From: the human T2T-CHM13v2.0 reference genome, Homo sapiens
Length of the DNA stretch: 64,000 bases
NCBI RefSeq assembly: GCF_009914755.1
Contig: NC_060939.1
Strand: one strand, 5' to 3'
In this document: positions 17,501 to 31,453 of the stretch, piece after piece
Numbering within the stretch: position 1 is the first letter of the stretch
Layout: each line of letters opens with the position of its first letter
Position numbers and translations under genes: made by a program
The notes under the pieces: generated by a model
What the model was told of the DNA's origin: nothing
What the model saw: the letters and a program-made list of their open reading frames with translations, nothing else
The model's database searches: none

Positions 17501-19263
17501 CTTGCAGATTCTACAAACAGAGTGTTTCAAAAATGCTCTATGAAAAGAAGGTTCAACTCTGTGAGTTGAATGGACACATCACAAAGTAGTTTCTGAGAAT
17601 GCTTCTGTCTGGTTTTTATGTATAGGTATTCCTGTTTCCAACAAAGGCCTCAAATCAGACAAAATAACAACTTGCAGAATCTACGAAAAGAGTGTTTCAA
17701 AACTGCTCTAGGTAAAGGTATGTTCAACGCTGTGTGTTGAATGGAAACACCACAAAGAAATTTCTGAGAATGCTTCTGTCTAGTTTTTATGTGAAGATGT
17801 TCCCTTTTCCACCATAGGCCTCAAAGCTCTCCCAATGTCCACCTGCAGATTCTACAAAAACAGTGTTTCAAAACTGCTCTATCAAAAGAAAGGTTCAAAT
17901 CTGTAAGTTGAATGCAGACATAACAAAGAAGTTGCAGAGAATGCTTCTGTCTAGTTTTTATGTGTAGATATTCCCCTTTCCAACGAAGGCCTCAAAGCAG
18001 TCCAAATATCCACTTGCAGATCCTACGAAAAGAGTGTTTCAAAACTGCTCTATGAAAACTTATGTTCAACTCTGTGAGGTGAATGCAAACAACTCAAAGA
18101 AGTTTCTGAGACTGCTTCTGTCTGGTTTTTATGTGAAGGTATTTCCTTTTCCACCGTAGGCCTCAAAGCTTTCAAAGTGTCCACTTGCAGATTTTACAAA
18201 GAGTGTCTAAAACTGCTCTATCAAAAGAAAGGTTCAACTCTTTGAGTAGAATGCACACATCACAAAGAAGTTTCTCAGAATGCCTCTGTCTAGTTTTCAT
18301 GTGAAGATATTCCCATTTCCTATGAAGGCCTCTAAGCTTTCCAAATATCCACTTGCGGATTCTACCAAAAGAGTGTTTCAAAACTTCTCTATGAAAAGGT
18401 ATGTTAAACTCTATTAGTTGAATGCAGACATCACAAAGAAGTTTCTGAGAATGCTTCTGTCTAGTTTTTATGTGAAGATATTTCCTTTTCCACCATAGGC
18501 CTCAAAGATCTCCAAATGTCCACGTGCAGATTCTACGAAAATAGTGTTTCAAAACTGCTCTATGGAAGGTTATTTTCAACTCTATGAGTTAATGTAAATA
18601 TCACAAAGATGTTTCTGAGAATGCTTCTGTCCAGTTTTTATGTGAAGATATTTCTTTTTCCACTGTAGGCCTCAAAGCTCTCCAAATGTCCACTTGCAGA
18701 TTCTACAAAAAGAATGTTTCAAACTGCTCCTTCAAAAGAGTGGTTCAGCTCTGTGAGTTGAATGGCCTCATCACAAAGAAGTTTCTGAGAATGCTTCTGT
18801 CTAGTTTTTATGTTAAGATATTTCCGTTTCCACCGAAGGCCTCAAAGCAGTCCAAATATCCCCTTGGAAATACTATGAAAAGAGTTTTTCAAAACTGTGC
18901 TGTGAAAAGGTATGTTCATCTCTGTGAGTTGAATGCAAACAACACAAAGAAGTTTCTGAAAATGCTTCTGTCTGGTTTTTATGTGAAGGTATATCATTTT
19001 CCACCATAGGCCTCAAAGCTTCCCAAATATCCACTGGCAGATTCTACGAAGAGTGTTTCAAAACTGCTCTATGAAAAGGGACGTTCAACTCTGTGAGTTG
19101 AATGCAAACATCACAGCAGAGATTCTGAAAATTCTTCTGTCCTGTTTTTATGTGAAGATATTTCCTTTTCCACCATAGGCCTCAAAGCTCTCCAAATGAC
19201 CACTTGCAGATGTTACAAAAACAGTGTTTCAAAACTGCCCTATCAAAATAAAGGTTAACACAG

Positions 19264-20164
19264 TGAGTTGAATGCAATCATCACAAAGTAGTTGCTGAGA
19301 ATGCTTCTGTCTCGTTTTTATGTGAAGATATTCTCGTTTACAATGAAGGCCTCAAAGCAGTCCAAATATACACTTGCAGATTCTACGAAAAGAGTGTTTC
19401 AAAACTGCTCTATGAAAAGGTATGTTCAACTCTCTTCGTTGAATGCAAACATCACAAAGAAGTTTCTGAGAATTCTTCTATCTAGTTTTTATGTGAGGCT
19501 ATTTCCTTTTCCACCGTAGGCCTCAAAGCTCTCCAAATGTCCACTTGCAGATTGTACAAAGTAAGTGCTTCAAAACTGCTCTATCAAAAGAAAGGTTCAA
19601 ATCTCTGAGTTGAATGCCCACATCAAAAAAGGTGTTTCTGAGAATGCTTCTGTCTAGTTTTTATGTGAAGATATTCCCGTTTCCAACGAAGTCCTTAAAG
19701 CAGTCCAAATATCCAATTGCAGATTAAACGAAAAGGGTGTTTCAAAACTGCTCTATGAAAAGGTATGTTCATCTCTGTGTTGGTTGAATGCAAACATCAC
19801 AAAGAACGTTCTGAGAATGCTTCTGTTTCGTTTTTATGTGAAGATTTTCCCATTTCCAACGAAGGCCTCAAAGCCGTCCAAATATCCATTTGCAGATTCT
19901 ACGAAAAGTGTGTTTCAAAACTTCTCTATGAAAAGGTATGTTTAATTCTGTGAGTTGAATGCAACCATCACAAAGAAGTTTCTGAGAATCCTCCTGTCTA
20001 ATTTTTATGTGAAGATATTCCCTTTTCCAACCAAGGCCTTAAAGCAGCCCAAATATCCACTTGCAGATTCTACGAAAAGAATGTCTCAAATCTGCTCTAT
20101 GAAAAGGTACTTTCAACTCTGTGAGTTGAATGCACACATCACAAAGAAGTTTCTGAGAATGCTT
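19264..20164. repeat. ~900-bp alpha-satellite block nearly identical to 23020-23920 (offset 3756 bp = 22 monomers)
   Basis: Matching ORF-track translations at 19292/23048, 19765/23521 and 19955/23711; direct reading shows about one substitution. Confidence 0.9.
19675..19691 (-). promoter_or_regulatory. Canonical CENP-B box
   Basis: TCCCGTTTCCAACGAAG; duplicated at 23431. Confidence 0.88.
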
Positions 20165-21040
20165 CTGTCTTGTTTTTATGTGAAGCTATTTCCTTTCACC
20201 ATAGGCCTTAAAGCTCTCCAAATATCCAATGCAGATTCTAGAAAATGAGTGATTCAAAACTGCTCTATCAAAAGAAAGGTTCAACTCTGTGAGTTGAATT
20301 CACACATCACAAAGAAGTTTCTGAGAATGCTTCCATCTAGTTTTCATGTGAAGATATTCCTCTTTCCAACGAAGGCCTCAAAGCAGTCCAAATATCCATT
20401 TGCAGATCCTACAAAAAGAGTGTTTCAAAACTGCTCTATGAAAAGGTATGTTCAACTCTGTGAGTTGAATGCAAACGTCACAAACAAGTTTCTGAGAATG
20501 CTTCTGTCTAGTTTTTATGTGAAGATATTTCCTTCTCCACCACAGGCCTCGAAGCTCTGAAAATTTCCACATGCAGATTCTAAAAAAACAGTGCTTCAAA
20601 ACAGCTCTATCAAAAGAAAGGTTCAGCTCCGTGAGTTGAATGCACACATCACAAAGAAGGTTCTGAGAATGCTTCTCTCTAGTTTTTATGTGAAGATATT
20701 CCCGTTTACAAAGAAAGCCTCAAAGCACTCCATATATCCACTTGCAGATTCTACAAAAAGAGTGTTTCAAAACTGCTCTATGAAAAGGTATGTTCAACTC
20801 TGTGGGTTGAATGCAAACAATATAAAGAAGTTTTGAGAATGCTTCCGTCTGGTTTTTATGTGAAGGTATTTCCTTTTCCACCACAGGCCTCAAAGCTTTC
20901 CAAATGTCCACTTGCAGATTCTACAAAAAGAGTGTTTAAAAACTGCTCTATCAAAAGAAAGATTCAACTCTTTGTGTTGAATGTGCAGATCACAAAGAAG
21001 TTTCTGAGAATGCTTCTGTCTAGTTTTTATGTGAAGATAT

Positions 21041-21057
21041 TCCCGTTTCCAACGAAG
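21041..21057 (-). promoter_or_regulatory. Canonical CENP-B box
   Basis: TCCCGTTTCCAACGAAG on the + strand. Confidence 0.88.
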
Positions 21058-23430
21058 GCCTCAAAGAAGTGCAAATATCCACTTTGCAGATTTTGCGAAA
21101 AGAGTGTTTCCAAACTGCTCTATCAAAAGAAAGGTTCAACTCTGTGAGTTGAATGCACACATCACAAAGAAATTTCCCAGAATTCCTCTGTCTAGTTCTT
21201 ATGTGAAGATATTCCCGTTTAAAACGAAGGCCTCAAAGCAGTCCAAATATCCACTTGCAGATTCTACGAAACGAGTGTTTCAAAACTGCTCTATGACAAG
21301 GTATGTTCAAATCTGTGAGTTGAATGCACACATTACAAAGAACTTTCTGAGAATGCATCTCTCTAGTTTTTATGTAGAGATATTCCTGTTTCCAAAGAAA
21401 ACCTAAAAGCAGTCCAAATATCCACTTGCAGATTCTACGAAAAGAGTGTTTCAAAACTGCTCTATGAAAACTTATGTTCAACTCTGTGAGGTGAATGCAA
21501 ACAACTCAAAGAAGTTTCTGAGACTGCTTCTGTCTGGTTTTTATGTGAAGGTATTTCCTTTTCCACCATAGGCCTCAAAGCTTTCAAAGTGTCCACTTGC
21601 AGATTTTACAAAGAGTGTCTAAAACTGCTCTATCAAAAGAAAGGTTCAACTCTTTGAGTAGAATGCACACATCACAAAGAAGTTTCTGAGAATGCTTTTG
21701 TCTAGTTTTTATTTGAAGATATTCACATTTCCAACGAAGGCCTGAAAGCGTTCCAATTATCCATTTGCATATTCTACCAAAAGAGTTTTCCAAAACTGCT
21801 CTATGAAAAGGTATGTCCATCTCTGTGAGTTGAATGCAAACATAACAAAGTAGGTACTGAGAATGTTTCTGTCTAGTTTTCATGGGAAGATAATTCCATT
21901 TCCACCATATGCTTCAAAGGTCTCCAAATGTCCACTTGCAGATTCTATAAAAACAGTGTTTCAAAACTGCTCTATCAAAAGAAAGGTTCAACTCTCTGAG
22001 TTGAATGCCCACATCACAAAGGTGTTTCTGAGAATGCTTCTGTCTAGTTTTTATGTGAAGATATTCCCGTTTCCAATGAAGTCCTTAAAGCAGTCCAAAT
22101 ATTCACTTGCAGATTCTACAAAAAGAGTGTTTCAAAACTGCTCTACGAAAAGTTATTTTCAACTCTGTGAGTTGAATGCAAATATCACAAAGATGTTTTT
22201 GAGAATGCTTCTGTCCAGTTTTTATGTGAAGATATTTCCTTTTCCACTGTAGGCCTCAAAGCTCTCTTTGCTTTGCACTTGAAGATTCTACCAAAAGAAT
22301 GTTTCAAACTGCTCCTTCAAAGAGTGGTTCAGCTCTGTGAGTTGAATGGCCTCATCACAAAGAAGTTTCTGAGAATGCTTCTGTCTAATTGTTATGTTAA
22401 GATATTTCTGTTTCCACTGAAGGCCTCAAAGCAGTCCAAATATCCCCTTGCAGATACTACGAAAAGAGTTTTTCAAAACTGTGCTATGAAAAGGTATTTC
22501 ATCTCTGTGAGTTGAATGCAAACATCACAAAGAAGTTTCTGAAAATGCTTCTGTCTTGTTTTTATGTGAAGGTATATCATTTTCCACCATAGGCCTCAAA
22601 GCTTCCCAAATGTCCACTTGCAGATACTACAAAAACTGTGTTTCAAAACTGCTCTATCAAAAAAAAAGTTCAACTCTCTGAGTTGAATGCACACATCACA
22701 AAGAAGTTTCTGAGAATTCTTCTTTCTAGATTTTATGTGAAGATATTCCCGTTTCCAACAAAGGCCTCAAATCAGTCCAAATATCCACTTGTGGATTCTA
22801 CGAAAAGAGTGTTTCAAAACTGCTCTACGAAAAGGTATGTTCAACTCTGTGAGTTGAATCCAAACATCACAGAGGAGATTCTGAGAATGCTTCTGTCCAG
22901 TTTTTATGTGGAGATATTTCCTTTTCCACCATAGGCCTCAAAGCTCTCCAAATGACCACTTGCAGATGCTACAAAAACAGTGTTTCAAAACTGTTCTATC
23001 AAAATAAAGGTTAACACTGTGAGTTGAATGCAATCATCACAAAGTAGTTGCTGAGAATGCTTCTGTCTCGTTTTTATGTGAAGATATTCTCGTTTACAAT
23101 GAAGGCCTCAAAGCAGTCCAAATATACACTTGCAGATTCTACGAAAAGAGTGTTTCAAAACTGCTCTATGAAAAGGTATGTTCAACTCTCTTCGTTGAAT
23201 GCAAACATCACAAAGAAGTTTCTGAGAATTCTTCTATCTAGTTTTTATGTGAGGCTATTTCCTTTTCCACCGTAGGCCTCAAAGCTCTCCAAATGTCCAC
23301 TTGCAGATTGTACAAAGTAAGTGCTTCAAAACTGCTCTATCAAAAGAAAGGTTCAAATCTCTGAGTTGAATGCCCACATCAAAAAAGGTGTTTCTGAGAA
23401 TGCTTCTGTCTAGTTTTTATGTGAAGATAT

Positions 23431-23447
23431 TCCCGTTTCCAACGAAG
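23431..23447 (-). promoter_or_regulatory. Canonical CENP-B box
   Basis: TCCCGTTTCCAACGAAG on the + strand. Confidence 0.88.
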
Positions 23448-25647
23448 TCCTTAAAGCAGTCCAAATATCCAATTGCAGATTAAACGAAAAGGGTGTTTCA
23501 AAACTGCTCTATGAAAAGGTATGTTCATCTCTGTGTTGGTTGAATGCAAACATCACAAAGAACGTTCTGAGAATGCTTCTGTTTCGTTTTTATGTGAAGA
23601 TTTTCCCATTTCCAACGAAGGCCTCAAAGCCGTCCAAATATCCATTTGCAGATTCTACGAAAAGTGTGTTTCAAAACTTCTCTATGAAAAGGTATGTTTA
23701 ATTCTGTGAGTTGAATGCAACCATCACAAAGAAGTTTCTGAGAATCCTCCTGTCTAATTTTTATGTGAAGATATTCCCTTTTCCAACCAAGGCCTTAAAG
23801 CAGTCCAAATATCCACTTGCAGATTCTACGAAAAGAATGTCTCAAATCTGCTCTATGAAAAGGTACTTTCAACTCTGTGAGTTGAATGCACACATCACAA
23901 AGAAGTTTCTGAGAATGCTTATGTCTAGTTTTTATGTGAAGATATTCCCATTTCCATCGAAGGCCTCAAAGCTGTCCAAATATACACTTGCAGATTCCAC
24001 GAAAAGAGTGTTTCAAATCTGAGATATGACAACGTATGTTCAACTCTTTGTGTTGAATGTAAACATCACAAAGAGGTTTCTAAGAATGCTTCTGTCTAGC
24101 TTTTATGTGAAAATATTTCCTTTTCCACCTTAGGCCTCAAATCTTTCCAAATGTCCACTTGCAGATTCTACTAAAAGGGTGTTTCAAAACTTCTCTACCA
24201 AAAGAAAGGTTCAACTCTGTGAGTGGAATGCACACATCACAAATAAGTTTCTGAGAATGCTTCTGTCTCATTTTTAAGTGAAGATATTCCCGTTTCCAAC
24301 GAAATCCTCAAGGCAGTCCAAATATCCACTTGCAGATTCTACAAAAAGAGTGTTTCAAAACTGCTCTGTGAAAAGATATGTTCAACTCTGTGAGTTGAGT
24401 GGAAATATCACAAAGAAGTTTCTGAGAATGCTTCTGTCTAGTTTTTATGTGAAGATATTTCCTTTTCCAATGTAGGCCTCAAAGCTTTCCAAATGTCCAC
24501 TTACAGATTCTGCAAAAGAGTGTTTCAAATCTACTCTCTCAAAAGAAAACTTCAACTCTGTGAGTTGAAGGCACACATCACAAAGCAGTTTTTGAGAATG
24601 TTTCGGTCTAGTTTTTATGTGAAGATATTCCCGTTTCCAATGAAGGCCTAAAATTAGTCCAAATATCCAATTGTAGATGCTACGAAAAGAGTATTTCAAA
24701 ACTGCTTTGTGAAAAAGTATGTTCAACTCTGAGAGTTGAATGCCAACATCACAATCAAATTTCTGAGAATGCTTCTGTCCAGTTTTCATGTGAAGATATT
24801 TCCTTTTCCACCATAGGCCTCAAAGATCTCCAAATGTCCACTTGCAGATTCTACAAAAAGAGGGTTTCAAAACTGCTCTATCAAAGAAAGGTTCAACTCT
24901 GTGAGTTGAATTCACACATCAAAAAGCAGTTCCTCAGAATGCTTCTGTGTTGTTTTTATGTGAAGGTATTTCGTTTTTCACCATAGGCCTCAAAACGCTA
25001 CAAATGTCCACTTGCAGTTTCCACAGAAAGAATGAATCAAAACTGCTCTATCAAAAGAACGGTTCAACTCTGTGAGTTGAATGCACACATCACAAAGAAG
25101 ATTCTGAGAATGTTTCTGTCTAGTTCTTGTGAAGATATCCCTTTTCCATCGAAGGCCTCAAAGCGGTCCAATTATACACTTGCAAATTCTACAAAAAGAG
25201 TGTTTCAAAACTGGTCTATGAAAAGGAATTTTCAATTTTGTGAGTTGAGTGCACACATCACAAAGAAGTTTCTGAGAATACTTCTGTGTTGTTTTTAGGT
25301 GAAGATATTTCCTTTTTCACCACAGGCCACAAAGCGCTCCAAATATCCACTTGTAGATTGTACAAAAAAAGTGTTTCAAAACTGCTCTATCAAAAAAAAG
25401 GTTCAACTCTCTGAGTTGAGTGCATCCATCCCAAAGAAGTTTCTGAGAATGCTTCTGTCTAGTTTTTATGTGAAGATATTTCCTTTTTCACCATAGGCCT
25501 CAAAGCATTACAAATGTCCAATTGCAGATACTACAAAAAGAGTGTTTCAAAGCTGCTCTATCAATAGAAAGGTTCAACTGTGAGAGTTGAATGCACACAT
25601 CACAAAGAAGTTTCTGAGAATGTTTCTGTCAAGTTTTCGTGAAGATA

Positions 25648-25664
25648 TCCCGTTTCCAACGAAG
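25648..25664 (-). promoter_or_regulatory. Canonical CENP-B box
   Basis: TCCCGTTTCCAACGAAG on the + strand. Confidence 0.85.
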
Positions 25665-28600
25665 TTCTCAAAGCGGTCCAAATATCCACTTGCAAATTCT
25701 ACAAAAAGAGTGTTTCAAAATTGCTCTATGAAAAGGAATGTTCCACTCTGTGAGTTGAAAGGAAACAACACAAAGAAGTTTCTGAGAATGCTTCTGTGTA
25801 GTTTTTATGTGAAGATATTTCCTTTTTCACCATTGGCCTCAAAGCCCTCCAAAAGTCCAGTTGCAGATTCTACAAAAAGGTAGTTTCAAAACTGCTCTAT
25901 CAAAGGAAAGGTTCAACTCTGTGGGTTGAATGCACACATTACAAAGAAGTTTCTGAGAATGCTTCTGTCTAGTTTTTATGTGAAGATACTTCGTTTTTCA
26001 CCATAGGCTTCAAAGCGCCCCAAATGTCCACTTGCAGGTTCTACAAAAAGAGTGCTTCAAATCTGCTCTATCAAAAGAAAGTTTCAACTCTCTGAGTTGA
26101 ATGCACACATCACAAAATTATCTGAGAATGCTTCTGTGAAGTATTTATGGGAAGATATTTCCTTTTTCACCATAGGCCTGAAGGAGCACCAAATGTTCAC
26201 TTGCAGATTCTATATAAAGAGTGTTTCAAAACTGCTCTATCAAAAGAAAGGTTCAACTCTGAGTTGAACGAACACATCACCAAGAAATTTCTGATAATTA
26301 TTCCATCCACTTTTTATGTGAAGATATCCCGTTTCCAATGACTTCCTCAAAGCGGTCCAAATATCCACTTACACATTCTACAAAAAGAGTGTTTCAAAAC
26401 TGCTCTATTGAAAGAAAATTTCAACTCTGTGAGGTGAATGTACACATCACAAAGAAGTTTCTGAGAATGCTTCTGTCTAGTTTTTATGTGAAAATATTTT
26501 CTTTTTCACCATAGGCTTCAAAGCACTCCAATTGTCCACTTGCAAATAGTTTAAAAAGAGTGTTTCAAAATTGCTCTATCAAAAGAAAGGTTGAATTCTG
26601 TGGGTTGAATGCGCACATCACAAAGAAGTTTGTGAGAATGCTTCTGTCTAGTTTTTATGTGAAGATATTTCCTTTTACACCTTAGGCCTCAAGGAGCTCC
26701 AAATGTCCACTTGCAGATTCTACAAAAGGAATGTTTCAAAACTGCTCTATCAAAAGCAAGGTTCAACTCTTTGAGATGAACGCACACATCACAAAGGAGT
26801 TTCTGGGAATGCTTCTGTCTAGTTTTTAAATGAAGATATTCCTTTTCCAATGAAGGCCTCAAAGCCGTCCAAATATCCACTTGCAAATTCTTCAAAAAGA
26901 GTGTTTCAAAACTGCTCAATGAAAAGGAATGTTCAACTCTGTGAGTTGAAAGCAAACGTCACAAAGAAGTTACTGAGAATGCTTCTGTTTAGTTTTTATG
27001 TGAAGATATTTCCTTTTTCACCATAGGCTTCAAAGCGCTCCAAATGTTCACTTTCAGATTCTACAAAAAAAGTGTTTCAAAACTGCTGTATGAAAAGACA
27101 AGTTGAACTCTCTGAGTTTAATGCACACATCTGAAAAATGTTTTTGAGAATGCTTCTGTGAAGTTTTTATGTGAAGATATTTCCTTTTTCACTGTAGGTA
27201 TCAAAGAGCTCCAAACGTCCACTTGCGGATTCTACAAAAAGAGTGTTTCAAAACTGCTCTATCAAAAGAAAGGTTTAATTCTGTGAGTTGAATGCACACA
27301 TCACAAAGAAGTTCCTGAGAATGCTTCTGGGTAGTTTTTATGTGAAGATATTTCCTTTTTCACCATAGGATTCAAAGCATTCCAAATGTCCACTTGCAGA
27401 TTCTACAAAAAATGTGTTTCAAAATTGCCCTATCAAAAGAAAGGCTCAACTCTGTGAGTTGAATGCATACATCACAAGGAAGACTCTGAGAATGCTTCTG
27501 TCTAGTTTATACGTGAAGATATTTCCTTTTTCACTTCAGGCCTCAAAGTGCACCAAATGTCCACTTGCAGATACTACAAAAAGAATGTTTCCAAACTGCA
27601 CTATCAGAAGAACGGTTTAACTCTGATAGTTGAATGCACACATCACAAAGAAGTTTCTGAGAATGCTTCTGTCTAGTTTTTGTGAAGATATCCCAATTCC
27701 CAAGAATGCCTCAAAGTAGTCAAAATACCCACTTGTAAATTCTACAAAAAGAGTGCTTCAAAACTGCTGTATGAAAAGGAATGTTCAACTCTGTGAGTTG
27801 AATGCAACCAACACAAAGAAGTTTCTGAGAATGCTTCTGTGTAGTTTTTAGGTAAAGATATTTCCTTTTTCACCATAGGCCTCAAAGTGCTCCAAATGTC
27901 CAGTTGCAGATATTTCAAAAAGATTGTTTCAAAACTACTCTATCAAAAGAAAGGTTCAACTCTGTGAGTTGAATGCACACAGCACAAAGAAGTTTCTGAG
28001 AATGCTTCTGTCTAGTTTTTATGTGAAGATATTTCCTTTTTCACCATTAGCCTCAAAGCACTCAAATGTCCACTTGCAGATTCTAAAAAAAAGAGTGTTT
28101 CAAAACTTCTCTATCAAAAGAAAGGTTCAAAACTTTGAGTTGAATGCACACATCCCAAATAAGTTTCTGGCAATGCCTCTTTCTAGTTTTTATGTGAAGA
28201 TATTCCTTTTCCAACGAAGGTCTCAAAGCCGTCCAAATATTCAATTGCAAATTCTACAAAAAGAGTGTTTCAAAACTGCTCTATGAAAAGCAATGTTCAA
28301 CTTGTGAGTTGAAAGCAAACATCACAAAGAATTTTCTGAGAATCCTTCTGTGTAGTTTTAATGTGAAGATGTTTCCTTTTTCACCATAGGCTTCAAAGCG
28401 CTTCAAATGTCCACATGCAGATTCTACAAAAAGAGTGTTTCAAAACTGCTCTATCAAAAGAAAGGTTCAACCTTTTGAGTTGAATCCACACCCCACAAAG
28501 AAGTTAATGGGAATGCTTCTGTCTAGTTTTTGTGAAGATATCCCTTTTCCAACGAAGTCCTCATATTGGTCCAAATATACACTTGCAAATTCGACAAAAA

Positions 28601-31453
28601 AAGTGTTTCAAAACTGCTTTATGAAAACGGATGTTCAACTCTGTTAGTTGAAAGTGAACAACACAAGAAATTTCTCAGAATGCTTCTGTGTAGTTGTTAT
28701 GTCAACATATTTCCTTTTTCACCATAGCCCTCAAAGCACTCCAAATGTCCCCTTGCAGATTCTACAAAAAGAGGGTTTCAAAACTGCTCTATCAAAAGAA
28801 AGGTTGAACTCTGTGAGTTGAAAGTACTCATCACAAATAATTTTCTGAGAATGCCTCTGTGTAGTTTTTATGAGAAGATATTTCCTTCTTCACCATAGGC
28901 CTCAAAGCACTCCAAGTGTCGACTTGCAGATACATCAAAAAGAGTGTTTCTAAACTGCTCTATCAAAAGAAGGGTTCAGCTCTGTGAGTTGAATGCGCAC
29001 ATCACAAAGTAGTTTCTGAGAATGCTTCTGTCTAGTTTTTCTGAAGATGTCCCGTTTCCAAAGAAGGCTTCAAAGCTGTACAAATATCCACTTGCAAATT
29101 CTACAAAAAGTGTTTTTCAAAACTGCTCAATGAAAAGGAATGTTCACCTCTCTGAGTTGAAAGCAAAAAACACAAAGAAGATTCTGAGAATGCTTCTGTC
29201 TAGTTTTTATGTGAAGATATTTCCTTTTTCACCATAGGCCTCAAAGCAATCCAAATGTCCACTTGCAGATTGTAAAAAGAGTGTTTCAAAACTGCTCTAT
29301 CAAAAGAACGGTTCAAGTCTGTGAGTTGAATGCACATATCAAAAAGAAGTTTCTGAGAATGCTTCTATATATTTTTTGTGAAGATATCACATTTCTAACG
29401 AAGGTCTCAAAGCGGTCCAAATATGCACTTGCAAATTCTTCAAAAAGAGTGTTTCAAAACATCTCAATGAAAAGAAATGTTCAGATCCGTGTCTTGAATG
29501 CACACATCACAAAGAAGTTTGTGAGAATGGTTCTGTCTAGTTTTCATGTGAAGATACTTCGTTTTTCACTATAGGACCCAAAGGGCTCCAAATGTCCAGT
29601 TGCAGATCCTACAAAGAGAGTGTTTCAAAACTGCTCTATCAAAAGAAAAGTTCAACTCTGTGAGGTGAATGCACACATCAAAAGGAAGATTCTGAGAATG
29701 CTTCTGTCTAGTTTTTGTGTGAAGATATTTCCTTTTTCACCTTTTTCACTCCATTCCACTCGAGTTCATGCCATTCCATATCATTGCACTCGAGGCTACT
29801 TCATTCCATTCCATTCCAATCCATTCTTTTCGTGTCCATTCAATTCTAATGCATTCCATTCCATTCCATTCCATTCCATTCCATTCCATTCCATTCCATT
29901 CCATTCCATTCCATTTTACTTGAGTTGATTCCATTCCATTCTATTGCATTCCATTCCATTCCGTTCCATTCCATTCCTTTCCATTCCATTGCATTCCATG
30001 CCATACCACTCGAGATGATTCCATTCCAATCTATTGCATTCCATGCCATTCCTTTCCATTCCATTCCATTCCACTCCAGATACCATTCCATTCCTTTGCA
30101 TTCCATTCCATTCCATTCCATGCCATTCCATTCCATTCCATTCGATTCCATTCCATTCCATTCCATTCCACTAGATATGATTCCATTCCATTCTATTGCT
30201 TTCGAAGCCACTTCATTCCATTCCATTCCATTCCAATCTCTTCGGGTCCATTCAATTCAAATGCATTCCATTCCACTCCATCCCATTCCATTCCAATCCA
30301 TTCCATACCATTCCATTCGAGTTGATTCCATTTCATTCTACGGCATTCCATTCCATTCCGTTCCATTCCATTCCATTGCATTGCATTCCATTCCATTCCA
30401 TTAAATTTCATTCCAATCGTTTTGATTCCATTCCATTCTATTGCATTCCATTCCATTCCATTCTTTTACATTCCATTCCATTCCATTCTTTTCCATTCCA
30501 TTCCATTCCATTCCATTCCATTCCAATCGAGTTGATTCCATATCATTCTATTGCATTCCATTCCATTCCATTCCATTCTATTCCATTACGCTCGATTTGA
30601 TTACGTTTCATTCTGTTGCATTCCATTCCATTTCATTCTATTCCACTCCATTCAACCCGAGTTGATTCCAATCCATTCTATTGCATTCGAGGCCACTTCT
30701 TTCCATTCCATTCCATTCCATTCCATTCCATTCCGTTCCATTCCATTCCATTCCATTATTTTCGTGTCCATTCAATTCAAATGCATTCCATTCCATTCCA
30801 TTCCATTCCGTTACATTCCATTCCATTCTGCTCGAGTTTATTCCATTCCATTCTCTTGCATTATATTCCATTCCATTCCATTCCACTCGAGTTGATTCTA
30901 TTCCATTCCATTCCATTTCATTCCATTCTACCCGAGTTGATTCCATTCCATTCTATTGCATTCGAGGCCACTTCATTCCATTCCATTCCATTCCATTCCA
31001 TTCTTTTCGGAACAATACAATTCAAATGCTTTCCATTCCATTCCATTCCACTCGAGTTGATTCCATTCCATTCTATTGCATTCCATTCCATTCCATTCCA
31101 TTCCATTCCATTCCATTCCATTCTTTTCCATTCCACTCGATTTGATACAAGTCAATTCTCCTGCATTCCATTCCATTCTATTTCATTCCATTCCATTTCA
31201 TTCCATTCCATTCCACTCAAGAAGATTCCATTCCATTCTATTGCATTTGAGGCCACCTCATTCCATTCAATTCCATTCCATTCCAATCCATTCCTCTCTA
31301 ATTGATTTCATTACATTCTTTTGCATTCCATTCCATTCCATTCCATTCCATTCGAGTTGATTCCATTCCATTCCATTCCACTCGTGTTCATTCCTTTCCG
31401 TTCTATTGCATTCGAGGCCACTTCATTCCATTCCATTCCATTCCATTCTATTG

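Larger units (their letters stand above)
11143..29741 (-). repeat. Alpha satellite, inverted relative to the left block, ~109 divergent monomers (SF5/R1R2-like)
   Basis: GTTCAACTCTGTGAGTTGAATGCACACATCACAAAGAAGTTTCTGAGAATG recurs every ~171 bp; this is the reverse complement of the left-block motif. Confidence 0.97.

Noticed and set aside
11143-29741. Active centromeric higher-order repeat array
   Set aside because: No long run of near-identical multimers; only isolated two-copy duplications among divergent monomers.
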